From an uncultured delta proteobacterium (lineage in GTDB: Bacteria; Myxococcota; Myxococcia; Myxococcales; Myxococcaceae), in the NCBI GenBank assembly GCA_963713045.1, contig CAVQKE010000003.1, forward strand, positions 928,001 to 992,000: DNA of 64,000 nucleotides, read 5' to 3'. Below, in pieces: positions 21,862 to 31,624 of this stretch. The notes beneath the pieces were generated by a model that did no database searches, was not told the origin of the DNA, and worked only from the letters and a program-made list of their open reading frames with translations. Every line of letters begins with the position of its first letter. Position 1 is the first letter of the stretch. The translations under genes were made by a program, and so were the position numbers.

Positions 21862-23370
21862 TTACCACGACGCCGAACAGACCGCCCGGCGCAAAATCTC
21901 TGGCTGAGGAACGTCTTCTGGATGACCGAGCCGTTGCTTCATCCATACCAGCCGCACATCTCGCATCCGCCGCTGGGGCGGTGCATGGGCGTTCCAGTCC
22001 ACGCAGCGCCAGCGGAGCCACGCCGCCCGGCTGGCTTCCACCGTCGCACGCTGTTCACTCCGCAGCGGCCAGGGGGCAAGCACATTGGCGACATAATGAC
22101 GCCAGCGCCGGTCAGGAAAGGTGTCTGCCACGTTGGTTGGACGACTCATCCGCACCGGGACTCCACTGCCCAAGACATCCACCTCGGTGCCGTCCTCGAG
22201 GTTCCCCACCAACTCCACCCACCCATCGGTCATCACGAATGCGGTGACCGGGTTTGGCGAAAACAGCGACCAGTACTGCTGCAGTCCGACGGCGCGAGCC
22301 GCCCAGATGGCTGCCCGCGGAACCGGAAAGCGTGGCGCGACCACCGTCAGGTTGAAAAGCAACACCACGGTGAGACCAAAGGCGACCAGCCAAATGGCAA
22401 AGGGCAGCCTCCCCCGCGGAAGCCGGGCTCCCGCTTCGGGCGCGAATGCACCTCCCAGCGAGCCCACGCCTAACCAACGCTCGAGACCCTCCCAAGTTGA
22501 CGACGGTAGCAGCGTTAGCCAGGCGGCAATGGCCACCGCCGGAAAGAGGCCAAGACGCAGCAACAGCGCGAGGGCGATGTGCATCAGGACGAACCCCAAG
22601 ACCACCAAGCCACGGGCCGGTCGCCACCAGCCCGAGAAAAGGAGGAGAAAGGGAGCCAGTAGCTCGAAGGCAAGAACGGCGTAGGTGGCGAGGACGAGCA
22701 CCGACGGAAAGGCGCGTACCGCTTGACCGAGGGCAGTCTCATAACGGCCGATGGCCAGGGCATCGGAGATGGCCGTCCCGGAGGTCCACCACAGAGACTG
22801 CAACTTGGCGATGGCGCTCACCCAATAAATCACCAGCAGCTGGAGCACCCAGCCAGCCGTCGCTGGCCCAAGGACAGTGTCGCCCGAGACGCCCGTGAGG
22901 GGATGCCAGACGCGGCCCCTCAGCCGGTCCACCGACCAGCGCGCTCCCCAGGGGAGCAGACACCCCCAGATGAGCAGCACCCGAAGCAGGTCGTCTTGGC
23001 CGTCGCGCAATAAGGGGTTTCGGCCGTGCAAGGAAACCAGCAGCGCGGCGCTACCCAGCGTGGACCAGAAGGTCCGGAACCCGACCAGCAAGCCGAAGGC
23101 AAACACCGCGTGGACGCCGAACAGCAGCGCCTCGAACGAAGTCGAGGCCCCCAAGGTGTGCAGCGACCAGAGGAAGTCCCATGCCTGGAGGCGAAACTCT
23201 GCTCGCGGCAATACCCCGGCATCGCTGTAGTGGGCGGTCAGGTCAGCGGCGCGAAGTCCGAGGTCGAGCAGCAGCAGCGCCCCCAGAAAAATTCTGCCGA
23301 GCGCCAGGCTCCGCGCGTCGAGCGTGAAGGGGCCTGGACTCCGGGGCGGGGCGAGAGCTGGAGAACGCAT
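21862..23370 (-). CDS. HTTM-domain membrane protein
   Basis: LDARSLALGRI.LG..L.DL..R...L.AHYSD.GVLPR, SLH.RNP...GQD.L, SVD, W..G.A and QYWSLFSPNP. Confidence 0.8.
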   Translation of the reverse strand: MRSPALAPPRSPGPFTLDARSLALGRIFLGALLLLDLGLRAADLTAHYSDAGVLPRAEFRLQAWDFLWSLHTLGASTSFEALLFGVHAVFAFGLLVGFRTFWSTLGSAALLVSLHGRNPLLRDGQDDLLRVLLIWGCLLPWGARWSVDRLRGRVWHPLTGVSGDTVLGPATAGWVLQLLVIYWVSAIAKLQSLWWTSGTAISDALAIGRYETALGQAVRAFPSVLVLATYAVLAFELLAPFLLLFSGWWRPARGLVVLGFVLMHIALALLLRLGLFPAVAIAAWLTLLPSSTWEGLERWLGVGSLGGAFAPEAGARLPRGRLPFAIWLVAFGLTVVLLFNLTVVAPRFPVPRAAIWAARAVGLQQYWSLFSPNPVTAFVMTDGWVELVGNLEDGTEVDVLGSGVPVRMSRPTNVADTFPDRRWRHYVANVLAPWPLRSEQRATVEASRAAWLRWRCVDWNAHAPPQRRMRDVRLVWMKQRLGHPEDVPQPEILRRAVCSASW

Positions 23371-23625
23371 GCACCTCTGGCTGTTGCCGTAGCCTAGTCG
23401 ACAGGGAAGAAGGCGCTACCTTCATCCCCTGCAGCGTCCGAAAAGCCTCCCTTTCCGGGGGAGCGTTGGCGGGCGGCTCTCCATTCTCGAGCCACCCTCT
23501 TCTTGGGCGTTGGCACTCAGCGAGTCGGATGGATAGGCTCGCGTGTCGCTCGGCATGGGCGCCCAAGCGCAAAAAGAAGTGACGGCTCGCGCTCAGCATC
23601 GCGCCGGGCCCAGACAGGAGGCGTG

Positions 23626-23982
23626 ATGCGAGAGCTGGACGGGGAACAGATGATGGTGCGCATCTTTCTCGGCGAGGACGACCGGTGGCAGGGGCAGTTC
23701 CTGCACGTCGCGCTCATCGAGCGCTTCCGAAGGGAAGGCATTGCCGGGGCCACAGTTTTCCGCGGCATCAGTGGCTACGGGGCACGGAGCGTCGTCCACA
23801 GCACCCATCTGTTGCGCCTGTCCGAGGACCTCCCGATGGTGGTCGAAGTCGTCGACACCCCGGAACACATTGAGCGGATGTTGCCCATCATTGACAGCAT
23901 GGTCACCGAAGGCCTCGTCACTTTGGAAAAGGTTCGGGTCATCAAGTACGCGCCGGGTTCAGCCCGGCCGTCCCGCCGGTGA
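23626..23982 (+). CDS. DUF190 (PII-like) protein
   Basis: RIFLGEDD, GIAGATVFRGI.GYG and LS.DLPMVVEVVD. AGGAGG RBS upstream. Confidence 0.92.
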   Translation: MRELDGEQMMVRIFLGEDDRWQGQFLHVALIERFRREGIAGATVFRGISGYGARSVVHSTHLLRLSEDLPMVVEVVDTPEHIERMLPIIDSMVTEGLVTLEKVRVIKYAPGSARPSRR

Positions 23983-24037
23983 GCTTCCCTCCGGCCCCGA
24001 CGCCAGCGGGCCACGTCCGAACTAACGGACCGCTCGA

Positions 24038-25276
24038 ATGAACGCGCCCCAGACTCCGCCCTCGACCGATTCGCCCCCCACGTCAACCGCTGGCGCGGGG
24101 TGGCTGAATCGCAGCGTGCTGGGTATTGGGCTGGCCAGTCTTCTGTCCGACGTGGGCCATGAGATGGCGACCTCCGTCCTGCCTCTCCTGGTGGTGACAC
24201 TCGGCGGGGCGTCGGCCACTCTGGGGTTGATTGAGGGCGTTGCCGATGCAGCGTCCAGCTTCGCCAAGCTGTTGTCGGGGCTCTACAGCGACCGCCTCAA
24301 GCGCCGGAAGCCCCTGGCCGTGGCTGGCTACTTCCTCACCGCTTCGGGCATGGCCAGTTTCGCTTTCGCCACGCAGACCTGGCAGCTCCTGGTTGGCCGC
24401 GTCATCGGATGGATTGGCCGCGGCGCGCGAACCCCGGTCAAGAATGTGCTGCTGACTGAGGCGACCACGCCCGCCACCTATGGACATGCCTTCGGGCTCG
24501 AGCGGACGATGGACAGCGCAGGCGCCGTGGTGGGCCCGCTCCTCGCGCTCGGCTTGGTTGGAGCCATCGGCGTCCGTCCAACGCTGGCCCTCACCCTGGT
24601 GCCGGGTTGTCTCGCCGCCTTGGCCATTGCATTGCTCGTCCGAGAACGTGCCCATCCGCCTCCGCGGACACGGACCTTTTGGGCGAGCCTGCAGACGTTT
24701 CCGGTGCCCTACCGACGTTTTCTGGCGGGCGTCGGCATCGCCGGGCTGGGAGACTTTTCCAGCACGCTTCTCATTTTGTGGGCCACACAGGCCTGGGCAC
24801 CTCGCCTCGGACTGGTGGCAGCAGCACGCTGGGCGATGATTTTCTATGTCGGCTACAACGTCGTCTACACCGTCATGTGCTTCGTGGCGGGTGCACTCGC
24901 CGACGCCTACCCGAAGGTTTACGTTCTGGCGACCGGTTATCTTCTGGCAGCACTTCCCGCCGCTGTTCTCATTCTGCCTGGCGCTTCGTTCACCAAGTTT
25001 GCCGCTGTGTTCGCCCTGTCCGGCGTCTACATGGGGTTCTGGGAGACGGTGGAGGGGTCGGCTGCCGCCGAGTTGTTACCGTCGGAAGTCCGAGGTGTCG
25101 GGTTCGGAGTCCTGGCCACCGTCAACGGGTTTGGCGATTTGGTCTCCAGTGCGTTGGTCGGCCTCCTTTGGACCGTCTCCCCGCAGCTTGCCATGTTGAC
25201 GGTCATCGTCCTGTGCATCTTCGGAGCGCTGGTGGTGTTTCGCTCGAGAGGGCCGGCAGCGGTCGGCGGTCAATAG
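24038..25276 (+). CDS. MFS transporter
   Basis: About 12 hydrophobic segments, SLLSD..HEM and GLYSDRLKRRK (motif A). Confidence 0.9.
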   Translation: MNAPQTPPSTDSPPTSTAGAGWLNRSVLGIGLASLLSDVGHEMATSVLPLLVVTLGGASATLGLIEGVADAASSFAKLLSGLYSDRLKRRKPLAVAGYFLTASGMASFAFATQTWQLLVGRVIGWIGRGARTPVKNVLLTEATTPATYGHAFGLERTMDSAGAVVGPLLALGLVGAIGVRPTLALTLVPGCLAALAIALLVRERAHPPPRTRTFWASLQTFPVPYRRFLAGVGIAGLGDFSSTLLILWATQAWAPRLGLVAAARWAMIFYVGYNVVYTVMCFVAGALADAYPKVYVLATGYLLAALPAAVLILPGASFTKFAAVFALSGVYMGFWETVEGSAAAELLPSEVRGVGFGVLATVNGFGDLVSSALVGLLWTVSPQLAMLTVIVLCIFGALVVFRSRGPAAVGGQ

Positions 25277-25471
25277 CGTCCGCCCGACCGCCAGCTTCCG
25301 GCGGAAGGACGTTCGTCACCATCAATCAGTCTGCCGTCGGAGCACTGTCGTCGGTGCGTTCCACACCTGGCCCCCGTTCCCCAGGGGGTGGGTGTCAACT
25401 CGGAGAGGGCGGCCGCTGAGCTTTCTGGGAGCCTGCGTCCGGTTCCGGTAGACTGGCGTGGTTAGCGTCCG

Positions 25472-26662
25472 ATGAGTCTACCCGCCCGCGCCGCGCTGGT
25501 TCTCCTTTCACTCATCGCCTTCCCTGGCCTGGGCGCGACCCGCATCATCAACAGGCGCGTTGAGCGCAACCAAATCCTCTTCCGCGCCCTTCGTGACGCA
25601 GGCCTGGACGGCGTGCAGGTGGACCGCGTGTTGTCGGCGCTGGGGGCCGTCTTCGACGTCCGCAAGTCGCGTGACGGCGACCAGCTACGACTGGTTCTAC
25701 GAGACGGGGAGGTCGACAACCTCGACTACCGTCAAAGCGCGGTGGACGAGTGGCAGGTGCGCCGGGAGGGTGACCGTCTGGTGGCCACCAAGCGTTCGGT
25801 GGACGTTGAGAAAACCGTGGCCAGGGTGGAACTTGAGGTGGGTAGCTCGCTGTACGAGGCAGCACTTGCGGCGGGCGAGGACCCGTCGCTCGCGCTGGCC
25901 CTGGCCGACGTCTTCGCTTGGGACATTGACTTCTATCTGGACGTCCGCAGAGGTGACCGGGTCGCTTGCTTGGTCGAGAAGTTCGTCTCTCAAGGGCGAC
26001 TGTTGCGCTATGGCGAGGTGCTCGCCGCCGACTACCGAGGCGAGACCGTCGGACACCGCCGAGTCTTCCACTACCAGTTGCCGGACGGCGAAGGGAGTTA
26101 CTTCCAGGAGGACGGCACTTCGACGCGCAAAGCATTTCTCAAGAGTCCGCTGAAATTTGCGCACGTCACCTCTGGATTCGGAAACCGGCTTCACCCGGTG
26201 CTGCAGTATGTCGCCGCACACCAAGGGGTGGACTACGCGGCCGCCGTGGGAACGCCGGTGTGGGCGGTGGCCGATGGCGTAGTCACTGTGGCCGGGGACA
26301 CCGGCCCCGGGGGAAACACCCTTTGCTTGCGGCACCACAACGGACTCGAAACCTGTTACCTCCACCTGTCCTCATTCGGCAGCGGAGTTCGCGTTGGCGC
26401 GCGCGTCAGTCAAAAGCAGGTCATCGCCCTTTCCGGAAACACCGGCCGCACGACCGGACCTCACCTGCATTACGCCCTGAAGCGCGGCGGCGTTTTCGTC
26501 AATCCGCTCAATCAGAAGTTCCCTCGCGCTGAGCCGGTACCGTCGCAGCTCCTTGCAGATTTCCTCGAAAAGCTTCGCCCCATGGCCGCCCAGCTCGATG
26601 CCGCTCCCGTGGCGAGGCGAGTTCGACCGTTGGTGCCGCCCGCCGTCCTTACCATTCCCTGA
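25472..26662 (+). CDS. M23-family peptidoglycan DD-metalloendopeptidase (MepM/Csd3-like)
   Basis: N-terminal signal/TM, FAWDIDF, and zinc motifs HQGVD (HxxxD) and GPHLH (HxH). Confidence 0.92.
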   Translation: MSLPARAALVLLSLIAFPGLGATRIINRRVERNQILFRALRDAGLDGVQVDRVLSALGAVFDVRKSRDGDQLRLVLRDGEVDNLDYRQSAVDEWQVRREGDRLVATKRSVDVEKTVARVELEVGSSLYEAALAAGEDPSLALALADVFAWDIDFYLDVRRGDRVACLVEKFVSQGRLLRYGEVLAADYRGETVGHRRVFHYQLPDGEGSYFQEDGTSTRKAFLKSPLKFAHVTSGFGNRLHPVLQYVAAHQGVDYAAAVGTPVWAVADGVVTVAGDTGPGGNTLCLRHHNGLETCYLHLSSFGSGVRVGARVSQKQVIALSGNTGRTTGPHLHYALKRGGVFVNPLNQKFPRAEPVPSQLLADFLEKLRPMAAQLDAAPVARRVRPLVPPAVLTIP

Positions 26663-26727
26663 GGGCCCGCTGGCGGGGCTGCCCCGTCGCGGAGAGGCCG
26701 CTGGCCCGCTACAGTCTCCTTCTCCCA

Positions 26728-29226
26728 ATGGCACAACTCACCTCTCTGCAGTCAGTTCCGGGGAGCCCGTCAATCCCCGAGGCGCCTAGACTCCAGAACG
26801 ACCCTCGGCATCTTCAACGTAGCTTCCTGGCCCACGTCAGCTACACGCGAGCCAAGGGGTGGGGCACCGCGACGGCGCTGGACCGCTTCATGGCCATCGC
26901 CATGGCAGTGCGCGACCGGCTGACGGAACGATGGGTGGCGACCCAACGCACCTACCATGAGCGAGACGTGAAGCGCGTCTGCTACCTCAGCGCCGAGTAC
27001 TTGCTGGGACGTGCGCTTGGAAACAACCTCCTGGCCTTGGGGTTGATGGACGCGGCCCGCGAGGCGCTGTCGGAATTGGGCGTCTCGCTGGAGGACCTGT
27101 TGGAGGTAGAGCCGGACGCTGGCCTCGGCAACGGTGGCCTCGGTCGCCTGGCGGCTTGCTTCTTGGATTCGATGGCGACGCTGGGCTACCCGGGCGTGGG
27201 CTACGGCATTCGCTACGAGTTCGGCATTTTTGCGCAGGAAATCATCAGCGGCCATCAGGTGGAGCGTGCTGATGAGTGGCTCAAGTTTGGTAACCCCTGG
27301 GAAATCGTCCGCCCTGAGCTGACCGTGCCAGTTCGACTTTATGGGCGAGTCGAGCACGGGACACGTTCCGACGGTTCGCCCGTGGCGCGCTGGGTGGACG
27401 GGAAAACCGTTCTCGGCATTCCCTACGACACGCCAGTCGCGGGCTACGCCACCAACAGCGTCAACACGCTGCGTCTTTGGCAAGCGCGAGCCTCGGGGGA
27501 GTTCGACTTCCGCCTGTTCAACGCAGGCGACTATGAGCGGAGCGTGGTCGAGAAGAATGACTCGGAGACCATCTCCAAAGTCCTCTACCCGAATGACAAC
27601 TTTCAGGCAGGCAAGGAGTTGCGTCTCAAGCAGGAATACTTCTTCGTGGCGTGCGCGCTGGCAGACATCATCCGGCGCTTCCTGAAGAAGCCGCGAGACT
27701 TGCGGGACCTTCCCCGCTTCGTCGCCATCCAACTGAACGATACCCACCCTGCGGTCGCAGTGCCGGAACTGCTCCGAATCCTGGTCGACGAGCAAGGTCT
27801 ACCGGCAGAGACGGCTTGGGACATCACGGTGAAGGTGATGGGCTACACCAACCACACGCTGCTGGCGGAGGCCCTCGAGGTCTGGCCGGTGAGCCTTTTC
27901 GAGCGCCTCCTCCCTCGGCACCTCGAAATCATCTACGAGATTAATCAACGCTTCCTCCGGGCCGTTCAAATCAAACATCCCTTCGATGTCGACCGCCTCA
28001 AGCGGATGTCGCTCATCGAAGAGGGACCAGAGAGGAAGGTCCGCATGGCGAATCTGGCGGTGGTGGGGAGCCACAGCGTTAACGGCGTGGCGGCCCTCCA
28101 CACCGAACTGCTGAAGCGCCAGGTGATGCCGGACTTCGCGGAGATGTTTCCTACCAGATTCAACAACAAGACCAACGGGGTCACCCCGCGCCGCTGGCTC
28201 TTGCTCTGCAATCCGGCGCTCGCTGAGCTGGTGACCAGTCGCATCGGACCGGCCTGGGTAACCGACCTCGATCAGCTGCGTGCGCTGGAACCGCTCTCCA
28301 ACGACCCTGACTTCATCGAGCAATTTCAACGCGTCAAGCTGGAAAACAAGAAACGTCTGGCAGCCCATGTTCGGGAGCACTTGGGCCAGCAGTTGGATAC
28401 GACTGCCATCTTCGACGTACAGGTCAAACGCTTGCATGAGTACAAGCGCCAGCTTCTCAACGCGCTGCACGTGGTTTGGCTCTGGATGCGGGCCCGGGAG
28501 AACCCCGCGGTGGTGCTCCATCGCCAAGCTTTCCTCTTCGGGGCCAAGGCCGCACCGGGTTACCAGCTCGCGAAGTCCATCATCCGGTTGATTAACGGCA
28601 TCGCCGAAGTGGTGAACGCAGACGCCGGCCGGACCGGAATCCAAGTGATGTTTCTCCCCAATTACCGAGTCTCATTGGCGGAACGCATCATCCCGGCGGC
28701 CGACGTCTCCGAACAGATTTCGACGGCTGGCAAGGAAGCCTCCGGGACCGGTAACATGAAGTTTGCGCTGAATGGCGCGCTGACCCTCGGGACGCTCGAT
28801 GGGGCCAACATCGAGATTCGAGAGGCAGTCGGGGCTGAGAATTTCTTTCTCTTTGGGCTCACGGCCGACCAAGTCGATGCAACTTTGGCGCAAGGCTACC
28901 GCCCGCGGGAGGTGGTGAGGCGGGATCCAGAGCTCAAGGCAGTGTTGGACTTGGTAGCCTCTGGCTTCTTCTCGCCGGAGGACCCGCATGCTTTCACGCC
29001 GCTGGTCGACGCGCTGCTCGAGGAGGACCGCTATCTGGTGCTTGCCGATTTCCGGGCCTACGTGGAAGCACAGCGCCGCGTGGTGAAGGCCTACCTGGAC
29101 GCCCAGGACTGGACGCGGATAGCGATTCTCAACATGGCTCGGGTTGGTCGCTTCTCTTCGGATCGCACGATTCGCGAATACGCGCGCGACATCTGGGGAA
29201 TCCACCCGGTTGACGTCAAACTTTGA
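26728..29226 (+). CDS. glgP: Glycogen/maltodextrin phosphorylase
   Basis: GLGNGGLGRLAACF, QLNDTHP, KTNGVTPRRW, KRLHEYKRQ and the PLP site EASGTGNMK. Confidence 0.97.
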   Translation: MAQLTSLQSVPGSPSIPEAPRLQNDPRHLQRSFLAHVSYTRAKGWGTATALDRFMAIAMAVRDRLTERWVATQRTYHERDVKRVCYLSAEYLLGRALGNNLLALGLMDAAREALSELGVSLEDLLEVEPDAGLGNGGLGRLAACFLDSMATLGYPGVGYGIRYEFGIFAQEIISGHQVERADEWLKFGNPWEIVRPELTVPVRLYGRVEHGTRSDGSPVARWVDGKTVLGIPYDTPVAGYATNSVNTLRLWQARASGEFDFRLFNAGDYERSVVEKNDSETISKVLYPNDNFQAGKELRLKQEYFFVACALADIIRRFLKKPRDLRDLPRFVAIQLNDTHPAVAVPELLRILVDEQGLPAETAWDITVKVMGYTNHTLLAEALEVWPVSLFERLLPRHLEIIYEINQRFLRAVQIKHPFDVDRLKRMSLIEEGPERKVRMANLAVVGSHSVNGVAALHTELLKRQVMPDFAEMFPTRFNNKTNGVTPRRWLLLCNPALAELVTSRIGPAWVTDLDQLRALEPLSNDPDFIEQFQRVKLENKKRLAAHVREHLGQQLDTTAIFDVQVKRLHEYKRQLLNALHVVWLWMRARENPAVVLHRQAFLFGAKAAPGYQLAKSIIRLINGIAEVVNADAGRTGIQVMFLPNYRVSLAERIIPAADVSEQISTAGKEASGTGNMKFALNGALTLGTLDGANIEIREAVGAENFFLFGLTADQVDATLAQGYRPREVVRRDPELKAVLDLVASGFFSPEDPHAFTPLVDALLEEDRYLVLADFRAYVEAQRRVVKAYLDAQDWTRIAILNMARVGRFSSDRTIREYARDIWGIHPVDVKL

Positions 29227-29379
29227 GGTTAGAGAGTCCGCCCGGAAACCGGTGCCCTGGATGGAGCAGTTGGAGCCGGCCTTTGGCTTCCATTGAGCGG
29301 CCGCGACATAGTTGTCTGCAAGACGCCTCAGGGCACCCGGGCGTCGCCACCCGAAGCTTGAACGCGGAGGCAAAGTCCA

Positions 29380-30054
29380 ATGGCTTTCGTCGGCTTTGAC
29401 GTCTACGGGACGTTGGTGGACCCGCTGGCGATGGACCGGCCGCTCCAAGCCCACGTGGGCGAACTTTCCCTCCGGTTTGCGACGACTTGGCGCCAGCACC
29501 AGCTCGAGTCCTGTTTTCGCCGCTCGCTGATGGGTCGATATGCGAATTTCGACGTTGTGACGCGCGACGCGCTCCATTTCACGGCGCGCCTGCTTGGCGT
29601 CACGCTGTCCAGCGGAGCGGAAGCGGAACTCCTGGCGGCTTACCTCGAGCTTCCCGCGTTCCCGGACGCACGGCCTGGACTGGCCGCCCTCGCAGCCGAT
29701 GGCCACCAGCTGACCGCCTTCTCCAACGGCGTGGAGTCATCGCTGCGCAAGCTCCTCTCTCAGGCGCGGCTCCTCCCGCCCCTGTCTGGGGTGGTCAGCG
29801 TCGACGACGTCCAAACTTACAAACCCCATCCCGCCGTCTATCAGCAGCTGGTGGCTCGGGGCGGTGCGCCGGTGGACCACACCTGGCTGGTTTCGTCCAA
29901 CGCCTGGGACGTCCTCGGCGCCAAGTCGGCGGGCCTGCGCGCGGCTTGGGTACGACGGAACCCCCAGGCGCCGTGGGAGGGCTGGGGGATTGCAGAGCCC
30001 GACCTGGTGGTCGCCTCGCTGGGTGAGCTGCCCAGTCGGCTCGCCGCTGCCTGA
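29380..30054 (+). CDS. Haloacid dehalogenase type II (HAD)
   Basis: Motifs FDVYGTL, SNG, YKP and VSSNAWD. Confidence 0.9.
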   Translation: MAFVGFDVYGTLVDPLAMDRPLQAHVGELSLRFATTWRQHQLESCFRRSLMGRYANFDVVTRDALHFTARLLGVTLSSGAEAELLAAYLELPAFPDARPGLAALAADGHQLTAFSNGVESSLRKLLSQARLLPPLSGVVSVDDVQTYKPHPAVYQQLVARGGAPVDHTWLVSSNAWDVLGAKSAGLRAAWVRRNPQAPWEGWGIAEPDLVVASLGELPSRLAAA

Positions 30055-30113
30055 GGTCCGCCGAGGCTCCTCCGGACGGCGATAATCCAACCAGAGAGGA
30101 AACAATTTGCCTA

Positions 30114-30155
30114 GCGACCGACCGGTAGGTCGTTGCATACCTACCGGTCGGTAGG
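30114..30155. promoter_or_regulatory. Two palindromic TetR (AibR) operator sites
   Basis: CCTACCGGTCGGTAGG at 30140-30155 and an inverted 14/16 copy GCGACCGACCGGTAGG at 30114-30129, upstream of aibR. Confidence 0.8.
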
Positions 30156-30212
30156 CTAAGGACCTTGGGGGGAATCCTCCTTTGTGGACGCCATGGCTCT
30201 GGGCAAGATGCG

Positions 30213-30818
30213 ATGACGGCACGTACGCCGGACGACGCTAAGCAGCGTCACCGCGAAATCCTCGAGACCGCGGCGCGACTTATTTGCGCGCGCGGTTACG
30301 AGGCGACTTCCATTCAAGACATCGCTGATGCCTGTGGCCTCACCAAGGCCGGCCTCTACCATCACATCCAGAGCAAAGAGCACCTGCTGCTCGAAATCAT
30401 GAACTACGGGATGGATGTCTTCGAGGAGCAGGTGCTGAGCCAGGTGGAATCTATCGCCGACCCGGTGGAGCGCCTTCGTGCTTGCATGGAGAAGAACATC
30501 CTCCTTGTCACCCGTGGATGGAGCAAGGAGGTCACCATCATCCTGCACGAGCACGCCACTCTGCAGGGCCGCGCACGGACCCAAATCGACGCCCGCAAGA
30601 AGAAGTACGTGCGATTTCTGGAAAGGACCATCGGTGAGGCGGTCAAGGCGGGCAAAGCCCGCCCCGTCAATCCCACCGTTGCCGCCTTCGCCGTTCTCGG
30701 CATGGTGCTGTGGATTTACAAGTGGTACCGCAAGGACGGCGCGGTAGCGGACACCGCCATCGCCCGCGGGATGGTGGACCTCTTCCTTCACGGTTTGGTC
30801 CCGGTGGAGGCGCGATGA
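30213..30818 (+). CDS. aibR: TetR-family regulator AibR (isovaleryl-CoA sensor)
   Basis: TetR HTH (GYEATSIQDIADACGLTKAGLYHH); first gene of the aibA-aibB-aibC-mvaS run. Confidence 0.88.
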   Translation: MTARTPDDAKQRHREILETAARLICARGYEATSIQDIADACGLTKAGLYHHIQSKEHLLLEIMNYGMDVFEEQVLSQVESIADPVERLRACMEKNILLVTRGWSKEVTIILHEHATLQGRARTQIDARKKKYVRFLERTIGEAVKAGKARPVNPTVAAFAVLGMVLWIYKWYRKDGAVADTAIARGMVDLFLHGLVPVEAR

Positions 30819-31624
30819 GCCTCCCCCGCTGGACAACCCTGTCTGACCTCGCTGGCAGCGTCCCCGACGGCTCCCTGGTAGCTCCCGGCGGTTTCATGCT
30901 GGGGCGGGCGCCGATGGCGCTGGTCTTCGAACTCATTCGACAAGGTCGGCGGGACCTGCGCGTCCTGTCCCTCCCCAATCCGCTGCCGGCGGAAATGCTG
31001 GTGGCCGCCGGTGCAGCTGTGCGGGTGGAATTCGCCTTCTCGGCGCTCACCTTGGGGGGCCGCGTCCGTCCCATGCCATGCCTCAAGGCGGCCATCGAGG
31101 CTGGCACCATCGCCTGGGCAGAAATGGACGGCTACCGACTGGTCCAGCGTCTACGCGCGTCGGCCATGGGGCTTCCCTTTCTGCCCGCTCCGGACGCCGA
31201 GCGCTCCGAGCTGGCCTCGCTTGACCCACCCGCTGTGGTGATTGACCCCTTCACGGGAGACACCGTGCCAGTGGAGCCAGCGGTGACGCCGGATGTCGCC
31301 CTGCTGCACGCGCAGGCCGCGGACGCCGAAGGAAATCTCTTTTTTGAGGACCCGGCCACAGACCTGCTGATGGCAGGTGCAGCCCGCCGCGTGCTGGCGA
31401 CGGCCGACCGCCGCGTCGACCGACTGCCCCGCGTCAGCCTTCCGGCCTTTCAGGTCGAGGCGGTTGCCGAAGTCTGGGGGGGAGCCCTGCCGACCGGCTC
31501 GGCCGGCCTTTACCCGCATGACGAGGCCGACCTCCTGGAATACCTCGCCCTCGCTACCCAGGGAGCGGCCGCCCAGTACCTTTTCCGCCGGAGCGGAGCC
31601 AACGGCACCCGAGACGCCGCATGA
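30815..31624 (+). CDS. aibA: 3-methylglutaconyl-CoA decarboxylase subunit A (CoA-transferase fold)
   Basis: GctA-like sequence (GGFMLGRAPMAL, RASAMGLPFLP, DPFTG, HAQAAD.GN) in aib operon context. ATG overlaps the aibR stop. Confidence 0.88.
   Translation: MSLPRWTTLSDLAGSVPDGSLVAPGGFMLGRAPMALVFELIRQGRRDLRVLSLPNPLPAEMLVAAGAAVRVEFAFSALTLGGRVRPMPCLKAAIEAGTIAWAEMDGYRLVQRLRASAMGLPFLPAPDAERSELASLDPPAVVIDPFTGDTVPVEPAVTPDVALLHAQAADAEGNLFFEDPATDLLMAGAARRVLATADRRVDRLPRVSLPAFQVEAVAEVWGGALPTGSAGLYPHDEADLLEYLALATQGAAAQYLFRRSGANGTRDAA

Noticed and set aside
23370..23626. Fluoride riboswitch upstream of DUF190
   Set aside because: The GGCGATGG..TTCGCC..TGATGAC consensus was not found by eye on either strand.
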